IMG/VR virus record: IMGVR_UViG_3300029267_002158
Span: 1 to 64,000 of that record
Source: a virus
Strand: one strand, 5' to 3'
DNA length: 64,000 bases
Within the stretch, counting starts at the first letter, position 1. Every line of letters begins with the position of its first letter. Of this stretch, positions 8,628 through 15,803 are shown one piece after another. The position numbers and the translations under genes were made by a program. The notes below the pieces were generated by a model. That model saw only the letters and a list, made by a program, of their open reading frames with translations. It searched no databases and was not told the origin of the DNA.

Positions 8628-8757
8628 TTCTACCCCCGTCCTATGCTATGAATGCAATTCTGTGAATTGGATACCAAATGCCATTGATTTCATCATAGAA
8701 TCCCTGCTCGTTGATTTGAATATACCTTGAAATTGTAAATTCCGTCCCATTTTTCGC

Positions 8758-10068
8758 TCATTGCCATTTGCCTTCCCCTATGTACCTTTCTATCATTGAA
8801 ACCCCTGTCCAAAAATCTACCTTTAATTTGTAGTGCTGCCCCCTTCCATGCGGCGCTTCTAGCACGCCGGCTTCAACCAAGTGCTTTTTGCCATCTTTGA
8901 TAAACACCTGACCCATTCCAGGATGCTGTTTGTACGTGGCGTGGATACCGGAGGTGTTGTCTCCAACCCGACCACCAATTGCCCATATCTTCCACAACCT
9001 CATTCTAGGGTCGCTGTCCAGCTTGCTCTCTATCTTTCTGCTGAGCACGAGATCGACCTCGCTGCTACTAACCCTCAACGTCTTTCCCCTGTAACGCTTC
9101 GCCCCGTCCTCCATGACAAATTCTCCAGGGCGCTTTGGCAAATCCCCAATGTCAGAACCAATGATCACCTTGCCCTGCTGTGCAGTCGCAACTGCTAGAC
9201 ATATTTTCCTCATCAGCATGTAAGTGATTGACTTGTCGAGGATGTCGTACCTCGGATATTGTGTCGCTATCAACAGAAAGATGCCGGCACTTCTTGACTT
9301 GCGAGCCAGTATTGACAGCAAACGAACGCCACTCTTTTCCTGTGTGATGTCTGCAATCTCGTCAATGATGACAAAAATCGGTTTGGTAACAGGCCGCCTC
9401 TGCCTGACCCGCATTTTCTCCACGAGGCTGCTCAGTAACTCAAGGGCCTCTCTTTCCTCGTCAACATATGAGCAGATAGCTCCCCATCTGTACAACCCGT
9501 CTTCTACATTGCCCTTTAGATCTATAATGTAGATCTCTGAGTTGGAATCAGTTGAGAAGAGCTGAATGAGTATCGAGTTGATTAGGTTTGTCTTACCTCC
9601 GCCAGTTGAGCCGCCAACCAATGTGTGCGCCTCTGAAAAATCGGCTTTAATTGGGTTATCGAGATTGTCGTAGCCAATTATTGCTGATAAGTCAGGGCGC
9701 AGTATCTTTGGATGAACCCTCGCCAGCTCAATGCTCTTCTTTGCAACCGGACTTCGCTGCGGTATGTCCTTCTGTATGTTCCTCATCTTTCTTGGCAGTG
9801 AAATTTTCTTCCTTGTAAAAAGGATAGCGTTATTTACGGTCACTGCCACAAGGGCAATCACTACAGCGATAAGGTGCTGAATGCTTTTCTTAAATAGCGC
9901 CCTGAATGCAATCCATGCCATTAACGCCAAGCCAACCATGTATAGAGATGTGTTCGCCCACGACGATGCTATGTTGTTCCTCAGAATGGCTCCGGCGATA
10001 ATGTACGCCGGAGCCATTGCACTCGCTACGTAACCAATGTAGGTCATTTCACTGTCTCCAGGAGCCAC
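8758..10068 (-). CDS. FtsK/SpoIIIE-family DNA translocase with N-terminal TM segments
   Basis: HTLVGGSTGGGKT (Walker A), IIDLKG, VIIDEIAD (Walker B), RKSRSAGIFLLIATQYP. Confidence 0.9.
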   Translation of the reverse strand: MAPGDSEMTYIGYVASAMAPAYIIAGAILRNNIASSWANTSLYMVGLALMAWIAFRALFKKSIQHLIAVVIALVAVTVNNAILFTRKKISLPRKMRNIQKDIPQRSPVAKKSIELARVHPKILRPDLSAIIGYDNLDNPIKADFSEAHTLVGGSTGGGKTNLINSILIQLFSTDSNSEIYIIDLKGNVEDGLYRWGAICSYVDEEREALELLSSLVEKMRVRQRRPVTKPIFVIIDEIADITQEKSGVRLLSILARKSRSAGIFLLIATQYPRYDILDKSITYMLMRKICLAVATAQQGKVIIGSDIGDLPKRPGEFVMEDGAKRYRGKTLRVSSSEVDLVLSRKIESKLDSDPRMRLWKIWAIGGRVGDNTSGIHATYKQHPGMGQVFIKDGKKHLVEAGVLEAPHGRGQHYKLKVDFWTGVSMIERYIGEGKWQ

Positions 10069-10658
10069 TTTCTAGTTACCGTCTTGGCGACATCTTCGTC
10101 AACTATATCTCTGTCCACCCAAGAAGCAACAGCCCCCTGGACAAACTGCTTACCCGTAGCGTCGTCAGGAACCTCAGGAGCTTTGACCTGAACCTTATTT
10201 ATTGCTACTAACAGCTCTTTCGGAACAAGCCTGCCCTCGATATAGCTATGAGTAGCGGTCCGGATCTGGACTCGCGCAAACCCAAGCCGCCGGCCAAGCC
10301 ACGTCGAGGTGTCCTCAAGACCAGCATTGATGTGTCCTATCTGATCACGGGTCGTCTTGATTACGAACAGCCCGTGACGCTTGAAGAAAACACCATTCCC
10401 ATTCGTGTCCCGACACACAGCAAACCATTCGTGATTCCACTTTATCAGCTCGATGATTACGTGTGCGAGCGGATACATATTTAGGAGCAACAGTGCTATC
10501 AGGCGAGGGTAGGAGAATTTGTCGATAAGCGCAAAAGTAGTTACTGTGATTATCGTCCCCCACCAGATACCGTCACTTACCTCAGGCAGTATTTCATACC
10601 AGTGGCGACGGGTGGCGTATACAGTTTTGTATCCCAGTGGCGACGGGAATCTTTTCAT
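10044..10658 (-). CDS. Membrane protein with bacterial PH (bPH_2/DUF304-like) domain
   Basis: TRRHW, two TMs, KRHGLF...LGRRLGFARVQIRTA. Confidence 0.65.
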   Translation of the reverse strand: MKRFPSPLGYKTVYATRRHWYEILPEVSDGIWWGTIITVTTFALIDKFSYPRLIALLLLNMYPLAHVIIELIKWNHEWFAVCRDTNGNGVFFKRHGLFVIKTTRDQIGHINAGLEDTSTWLGRRLGFARVQIRTATHSYIEGRLVPKELLVAINKVQVKAPEVPDDATGKQFVQGAVASWVDRDIVDEDVAKTVTRKWLLETVK

Positions 10659-10674
10659 GCTTGCTTTGCCTTTT

Positions 10675-10998
10675 CTAAAACGCCGTTAAATAAAAAAGCA
10701 CATCACTGCTCAAAGTCATCGGTGATAACCATGTTGCGCCGGGTATCAAAATCTTCCCGGCGTCGTTCAACCTTATCAGCCCTTCTTGCTCCAAAATCCT
10801 GATGTGGTACTGAACGGTCGATAAGCTGCTGACACCTATAATTCCTGCCAGCACCCGGCGTGGTGGCGAATTTCCATCATTCATTTTCTTGTACCTGATG
10901 ATTTCCGCCAGCACCCTTTGCGTCTTTTCTCCGATGCCTCGACTACCTGTCTTTTGGCACGTGCCATTTGACACCAATTGGCCTTTTTGAAAGTCCAT
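10675..10998 (-). CDS. LexA-type DNA-binding wHTH protein lacking the peptidase domain
   Basis: QRVLAEII.Y.....GNSPPRRVLAGIIGVSSLSTVQYHIRILEQEGLI matches the LexA N-domain pattern. Confidence 0.75.
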   Translation of the reverse strand: MDFQKGQLVSNGTCQKTGSRGIGEKTQRVLAEIIRYKKMNDGNSPPRRVLAGIIGVSSLSTVQYHIRILEQEGLIRLNDAGKILIPGATWLSPMTLSSDVLFYLTAF

Positions 10999-11278
10999 GA
11001 TACCCCCTAGCTAATTTTGTTATCATACCAACCCTCCATAAATTGGTCAAATTACTGATGAGAGAACTTGGGCCAAATTTGTTCCTCTTGAAGCTACTTC
11101 TCTTTATCAGCTCCGTAAGCTCGTCAATGGTGTACGGCCTGTCCTCAGTGACGGCGCGCAGCCACTCAAACATTAACTGCGAGCGTCTGGTTAACTGAAA
11201 GTTTGGTAAAGTGTCGTAATAATCCTCTGGGTAAACGACGAAGAGATCTACATCTTCGTCATCTCTAGTTTCTTCCAT
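10943..11278 (-). CDS. Hypothetical, possible wHTH protein
   Basis: YTIDELTEL...SLISNLTNLWRVGMITKLARG.Y. Confidence 0.55.
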   Translation of the reverse strand: MEETRDDEDVDLFVVYPEDYYDTLPNFQLTRRSQLMFEWLRAVTEDRPYTIDELTELIKRSSFKRNKFGPSSLISNLTNLWRVGMITKLARGYHGLSKRPIGVKWHVPKDR

Positions 11279-11754
11279 ATCGCCCTCGTTGCTAGCGCCA
11301 CTCCGATAGCATCAGCAGCGTGCTCTCCAGGACATCCAGGTGCAAGCCGCAGCGCCCATTCAAACATTGTGATTTTTCCAGCCATTCTATCATTAGTCAG
11401 AGCAACCTTCGCCTGTGCTGGAGCAACCTCTACGACCTGCAATCCCTCATCCCATACAGCGGAGTAGATTATACCGCACACTTTTGCTAACTTGATCGCC
11501 GTCTGTGGATTCCTGCCTGACCACGGCATTTCTATCCCGACCAAAACCTCATCATCAAGCGCCCTGGTGCGGGCTGCAAAATCCCTCGCCCAAATACCGA
11601 TTTTCTCCATACGATACAATAGACTCTCCGCAGCGCTTAACTTCTTTGGAATGCCTCTGGTAAAATCGACCTGGTTACAGGTGATGATTTCATGATCACT
11701 TAAGGCGGCGTACCCGATGTGAAATGTACCTGTGTCAATGCCTGCAAAAATCAT
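11248..11754 (-). CDS. ruvC: RuvC-family Holliday junction resolvase
   Basis: AGIDTG...GYA, VGIE, P.QAKVALT, HAADAIGVAL catalytic motifs. Confidence 0.9.
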   Translation of the reverse strand: MIFAGIDTGTFHIGYAALSDHEIITCNQVDFTRGIPKKLSAAESLLYRMEKIGIWARDFAARTRALDDEVLVGIEMPWSGRNPQTAIKLAKVCGIIYSAVWDEGLQVVEVAPAQAKVALTNDRMAGKITMFEWALRLAPGCPGEHAADAIGVALATRAIWKKLEMTKM

Positions 11755-11759
11755 CTCGC

Positions 11760-11963
11760 CTACTTTTCGTATGCAGGCAAGCTAGCAACGGAGTTTACCG
11801 AAAGGTGGTAGCGTTTGTAATTCTCCGCGATCTTTTCCCGATACTCAGATGCGGAAACAGTCTTTATCTTTGCGTCCTCTGCGTTCCATGCGATGATGCT
11901 TCGATGAACCTCGATCACTTCAGGACCATCCAAATCCACAACGTATACATTGTAAATGTACAT
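11760..11963 (-). CDS. Hypothetical protein
   Basis: GAGGAGG SD before ATG 11963 (MYIYNVYVVDL...). Confidence 0.55.
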   Translation of the reverse strand: MYIYNVYVVDLDGPEVIEVHRSIIAWNAEDAKIKTVSASEYREKIAENYKRYHLSVNSVASLPAYEK

Positions 11964-12182
11964 GCAGACCTCCTCTTTTTTCTTTTTCACTTCTTCAGTC
12001 GTGTTGCTATAATAGCTGCAACTTGAAAAGTCATAAAATTTTCTGTCGCTATATGCCTTAAGACGAAGCAATTTACTATCCTCCAACGTTTCAGATATTA
12101 AGGCTTTGCCGCGATGCCTCCTTTCAGAATCTTCTATGCAAACTAATGATCAGTAGAAAATACTTTCTGTGCTCATGCTAGT

Positions 12183-12211
12183 ATTATACATCAGTCGAAC
12201 GTTCTTGTCAA
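12183..12211 (-). promoter_or_regulatory. Consensus sigma70-type promoter (leftward operon)
   Basis: TTGACA-17 nt-TATAAT on the minus strand; spacer contains palindrome GAACGTTC. Confidence 0.9.
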
Positions 12212-12261
12212 TAGCAATTTTCCTTCCAACCTTAAAATTTTGTGCAAATTCGCATTTTTAC

Positions 12262-12290
12262 TTGACGCCATGCGCGATCTGTGGTAGAAT
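12262..12290 (+). promoter_or_regulatory. Sigma70-type promoter for the non-coding region
   Basis: TTGACG-17 nt-TAGAAT with TGn extended -10. Confidence 0.75.
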
Positions 12291-12295
12291 ATTGT

Positions 12296-12700
12296 CACAT
12301 CAGACATCCGGGATAGCGGCCTGGAAGAAAAAGTAAGTGAAATACAATTGGCAATAATGCTGGGGTGAAAATGTTAAGGCGGGATTCTAAGAAAAAATGA
12401 TTGAAAAAACTTTTCCACAGCGAGCTCTGCACAAAAATCAAATTCGTCGTAGTATTCAATTGCGCCCATTACGACGAGCCGTATCAGGATCATTTTTTCT
12501 GCTTTTTCCGCTTTCTGCGTTTTTGCCTAACATTGCTGCTGTGCGGATTGTATTTCACGTAGTGCTTCTGTCCGATGTGCGTCGCGTAGCGCGTATCCTG
12601 CCAGCTAGCAGTGATGCTATGCGACACGCAGGGCTCGCGGTGGAAGAGTTTTTTCAATCTGGAAGCCCGTCCTTGCTTTCTTCGCAAGGGCGGGTTTTTT
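12296..12700 (+). ncRNA. Putative ~400-nt highly structured ncRNA, family unrecognised
   Basis: Own promoter and terminator; helices 12296-306/12569-79, 12337-48/12547-58, 12390-401/12489-500, 12444-53/12468-77, 12399-430/12628-59, 12581-90/12616-25. Confidence 0.65.
12665..12700 (+). terminator. Intrinsic terminator
   Basis: GCCCGTCCTTGC-tttcttc-GCAAGGGCGGGT then T-run. Confidence 0.85.
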
Positions 12701-12722
12701 GTTTTCCTGAGGTAACTTCATA

Positions 12723-13005
12723 GCACTAATGCCCAGCCTCGTCGCTGGCCTCAGAGCGACAGGCACTAGATGGCCCGAAGGGAAGTCGCCAATAAATACC
12801 GTTGCCATCTACCCGACCCCTCTTTGCGCGGGGCAAATGCAATACCAGGCGTTCCGAGAACCGCTGCTGATTCAAGTGGAAAGCGGTGGCGATGTGCAGA
12901 TATAATCGGGAAACCGAGTGGTTATATAGGAACCGGGGCCATGTTTGCGAAACTGCATGTGAGTAGGATAACCCCATGCTGTCAGCAAGTTGTCCTTACT
13001 AGTGG
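12723..13005 (+). ncRNA. Second candidate structured RNA/ssDNA element
   Basis: Serial hairpins, TCGG-GAAA-CCGA tetraloop, possible pseudoknot TCGCCA/TGGCGA; no credible ORF. Confidence 0.4.
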
Positions 13006-13054
13006 CGGATAAAGGTCTAAATTGACTTTGGCCTTATGGTATTTTTGCGCCTAT

Positions 13055-13083
13055 TTGACAAAACTATCAATGAATGTTATAAT
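13055..13083 (+). promoter_or_regulatory. Consensus sigma70-type promoter (rightward)
   Basis: TTGACA-17 nt-TATAAT, TGn, followed by AAGGAGGT SD and ATG 13101. Confidence 0.9.
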
Positions 13084-13100
13084 AATAGAAAGGAGGTTCT

Positions 13101-13334
13101 ATGGAAACTAAACGCAATTTACTGAAAGAAACCGTTGAGTTAGTGGCGGCATTGAAAGACGACAAAACACCGGTAGGCATTCCTTACCTCATTGAGGTGT
13201 TCAGGTTGCTGGCCGCCAGAATTGTTGTTTTTGAGATGTACTTGTTGCGGATGAGCATTGAGATAGACATCGGCAACGAGAAGGAGTTCAAAGAAGTAGC
13301 ACTTGAAATGTGCAGTAAAATGAAAGGGGTATGA
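13101..13334 (+). CDS. Hypothetical protein
   Basis: Strong SD, directly after promoter. Confidence 0.8.
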   Translation: METKRNLLKETVELVAALKDDKTPVGIPYLIEVFRLLAARIVVFEMYLLRMSIEIDIGNEKEFKEVALEMCSKMKGV

Positions 13335-13529
13335 ATGACATTGAATGCGGTAACTGACTTGAAAAAGGTAAAACCAGAATCGCGTGAAACTTGCGCGACG
13401 TGCAGATGGTTCAGAGACAAGCCTGGATACTTATCGGTGTGGTGTTTAAGACCTGGTGGCCCTGGCTGGTTAAAAAAGGAGAAGGAGGAGTTTCAACACG
13501 TGTGCAGTAATTACAGGAGGAGGAAATGA
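13335..13529 (+). CDS. Small Cys-rich protein
   Basis: CATCRWF...WC...VC; SD AAGGGG. Confidence 0.7.
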   Translation: MTLNAVTDLKKVKPESRETCATCRWFRDKPGYLSVWCLRPGGPGWLKKEKEEFQHVCSNYRRRK

Positions 13530-13924
13530 TTGCAGAAGTGACTGTCAAGGCGGGGCTCAATACCCTTAACGGATTTACAGTTAAGGGAAATTTCTCAAAG
13601 ATGGTGTCAATGAACGAGCACATGAGTTCTCAAATAATCTGGCGCGCCGGCTCTGCGCCGGCAACAGTCTTTGTTGGCGGGCTGACCATAAAGGCAAATA
13701 GCGTCATCTTTTTTCGTGACGTCACAAGCAAGAAAGGGCAAATAATTGTTGATGCAAAAAGTACAAGGGGGCACTTTAACCATAGTGAGAATGTGATGTA
13801 CAAGGTGTCCTTTCCTGGATCTAGGATATGGATTGAAGGGGAAGCTGAGCCTACTATCCAGACGACATCTGGAACTGATGCGATTGTTACGTGCAGAACG
13901 GCGAATCTGGGAGGCGCGCTTTGA
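13526..13924 (+). CDS. Hypothetical protein
   Basis: AGGAGG SD, ATGA overlap. Confidence 0.7.
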   Translation: MIAEVTVKAGLNTLNGFTVKGNFSKMVSMNEHMSSQIIWRAGSAPATVFVGGLTIKANSVIFFRDVTSKKGQIIVDAKSTRGHFNHSENVMYKVSFPGSRIWIEGEAEPTIQTTSGTDAIVTCRTANLGGAL

Positions 13925-14400
13925 AAGTATACATAGCAGGCCCGTACACCGGTGATTCTGAACAAGAGACACTTGAGAATGTAGAGTTAGCAATTTTCAT
14001 TGCAGAAAGACTTCTCTTGTTAGGGCACCAACCATTCATCCCCCACCTGTACCATTACTGGCACGAAGTCTATCATCATTCTTATAGGCAATGGATGCAG
14101 TTGCGCCTTTCGTGGCTGAAAGAATGCGACGCAATGGTTTGCCCTCCAGGGGATTCACGCGAGGTCGATGAAGAGATCCAATTCGCAAAGAAGAATGACA
14201 TCAATATCATACGGGATATGAAATTTGCACTAGATCTAGATGTTGACGCCAAGACATTTGAGGAGTCCAGGCCGACGGAGTCCAGTTCTGGACAAGCCGC
14301 AGTGAATGACTTTCTTGATTTCCTCGACAAGTACCGTCACGGGTATTTTACACCGCTATTTTACGAAGAGGTTGAAAAGCTAAGGAGTTCAGTATGCTGA
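13921..14400 (+). CDS. Nucleoside deoxyribosyltransferase-like (DUF1937/DUF4406-type) protein
   Basis: KVYIAGPYT...PFIPHL...WLKECDA...PG.S...EI.FA; TTG start with GGAGG SD. Confidence 0.7.
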   Translation: MKVYIAGPYTGDSEQETLENVELAIFIAERLLLLGHQPFIPHLYHYWHEVYHHSYRQWMQLRLSWLKECDAMVCPPGDSREVDEEIQFAKKNDINIIRDMKFALDLDVDAKTFEESRPTESSSGQAAVNDFLDFLDKYRHGYFTPLFYEEVEKLRSSVC

Positions 14401-14786
14401 AGAGCTTAATCCTAATCGGAGCCGCGACATTCTACATTGGTTCATCAAGCGCGCCGTTGTATTGCGACCAATTTTTCCCCAAAGAAACGCTGACCTATGG
14501 CTCTGTGGAAGAGCCGTGGATTGCGTTAGATGTTGGCATGTATGAGGAAGGCAGCGTGCTTCCAGGAGACGAGATTCTTGTCTCGTTCAACGACAGTGGC
14601 AAGCAGGAGGTGTTCAAGGCCCTTGATGCCGGCCTGTTGTCCGGAAACAAGGTGGACCTCGATATGGATGGCAAGAGGGACACGCCAATAGTTATAGACA
14701 TCCCAGAAAGATTCAAACCAGATGAAAATATGAGCTGGGGTGTTGTAGTCGTCAACCTCTCAGCCTTGAAGAGGATGTTTGAGTGA
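14394..14786 (+). CDS. Exported protein with possible 3D/double-psi-barrel cell-wall enzyme domain
   Basis: Hydrophobic N-terminus; three spaced Asp motifs IALD...ALDAG...IDI. Confidence 0.45.
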   Translation: MLKSLILIGAATFYIGSSSAPLYCDQFFPKETLTYGSVEEPWIALDVGMYEEGSVLPGDEILVSFNDSGKQEVFKALDAGLLSGNKVDLDMDGKRDTPIVIDIPERFKPDENMSWGVVVVNLSALKRMFE

Positions 14787-15184
14787 AAAGAGTAGACCCA
14801 ACACCATTCAAAAAAGAAGGGTTAATGATGCCGGATATGAAGGTTGATTTCCACGAGTGGCGCATGGGGCTAAAGCGCCACTTGATGAGAAGGGACAAGG
14901 TGTGCAGGTCGTGCGGCGGGCCGTTCGGCAACGGTATACATATGCACGAGGGGATATTCTCTCGCGTACAAGTTGTTGGCTGGCCCAGGAAATGGAGAGT
15001 GCTCATTCACTGCGAGCTAAATTGCGTTCTCCTGCACCCAAATTGCAATCTTGGGCGGCATGGAATGTCTCCTCCGCCCAGGGAGCAAGTATGGAATGAG
15101 CACTGTGAGATGTACGGCAGTGATGTCATGATGTCGTGGGTATCGTCTTTGCCGTTCAAGTATTTTCCAGCATGGATACGATAG
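14783..15184 (+). CDS. HNH-like Zn-binding nuclease upstream of terminase
   Basis: RDKVCRSCG...HMHE...NCVLLHPNCN. Confidence 0.6.
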   Translation: MKRVDPTPFKKEGLMMPDMKVDFHEWRMGLKRHLMRRDKVCRSCGGPFGNGIHMHEGIFSRVQVVGWPRKWRVLIHCELNCVLLHPNCNLGRHGMSPPPREQVWNEHCEMYGSDVMMSWVSSLPFKYFPAWIR

Positions 15185-15224
15185 AATGAATGTTGGAGCA
15201 AAGAGTTTGCATTGTGCGCGAGCG

Positions 15225-15254
15225 TTGACAATTTGCTAATAATTGTGATATAAT
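15225..15254 (+). promoter_or_regulatory. Sigma70-type promoter for packaging genes
   Basis: TTGACA-18 nt-TATAAT with TGn; ATG 7 nt downstream. Confidence 0.8.
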
Positions 15255-15260
15255 TTGTTC

Positions 15261-15803
15261 ATGAGCAAGCTGTCAGAACAATGCAAGAAAACTTACGTCG
15301 AATTTTGCGCCAGAGAGAACCGCCTGGTACCCCTAGTGACTTTTGTCGATGCGAGCCTAAACCTAATTGGTCGGCAGCTCGAATACGACAGAGTCAAGCA
15401 CTGGTCTCTTGAAGAGGGGTGGAAAGATGCGGCCTCCCTGGCGCTTCATGGTTCTGAGGAACGCAAGGAGATCCGTTACATTTTGAACCTGGCGTTCTCG
15501 TCAGCCATGAACGCTGATGACGCAAAGGAGCTGATACAGTACGGCAAAGCGTACCAATACACCCTAGATGAGCTTGTAGATTCAGAGCTTGTTGATGAAA
15601 TAGAAAGAATGGAGGGTCTGCGTAGGCACATCAAGTCATTCATAATGGCTAGCGGGAGTGAAATGGGAGGGAATAACCTGGCCGGACTGACAAGGCTCAG
15701 CGCCATATTGCACAAGCGGTTGATGCCGCTTATTACTATGGAGGGTGAGGGCACCGTTGATCCGGACGCCTTCATTTTAGGCATTGAAGAGACGTATAAC
15801 TAA
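15261..15803 (+). CDS. Putative terminase small subunit
   Basis: Position directly before TerL; helical ~180 aa; VKHWSLEEGW HTH-like motif. Confidence 0.6.
   Translation: MSKLSEQCKKTYVEFCARENRLVPLVTFVDASLNLIGRQLEYDRVKHWSLEEGWKDAASLALHGSEERKEIRYILNLAFSSAMNADDAKELIQYGKAYQYTLDELVDSELVDEIERMEGLRRHIKSFIMASGSEMGGNNLAGLTRLSAILHKRLMPLITMEGEGTVDPDAFILGIEETYN

Noticed and set aside
12399-12659. Retron msr-msd (32-bp a1/a2-like arms)
   Set aside because: No reverse transcriptase in the window and no long msd-type hairpin inside the arms
12397-12723. 108-aa ORF across the structured region
   Set aside because: No SD, runs through the terminator, and sequence is better explained by base pairing; not fully excluded
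12296-13005. tRNA, tmRNA or RNase P RNA
   Set aside because: No T-arm/acceptor or RNase P consensus segments recognised by eye
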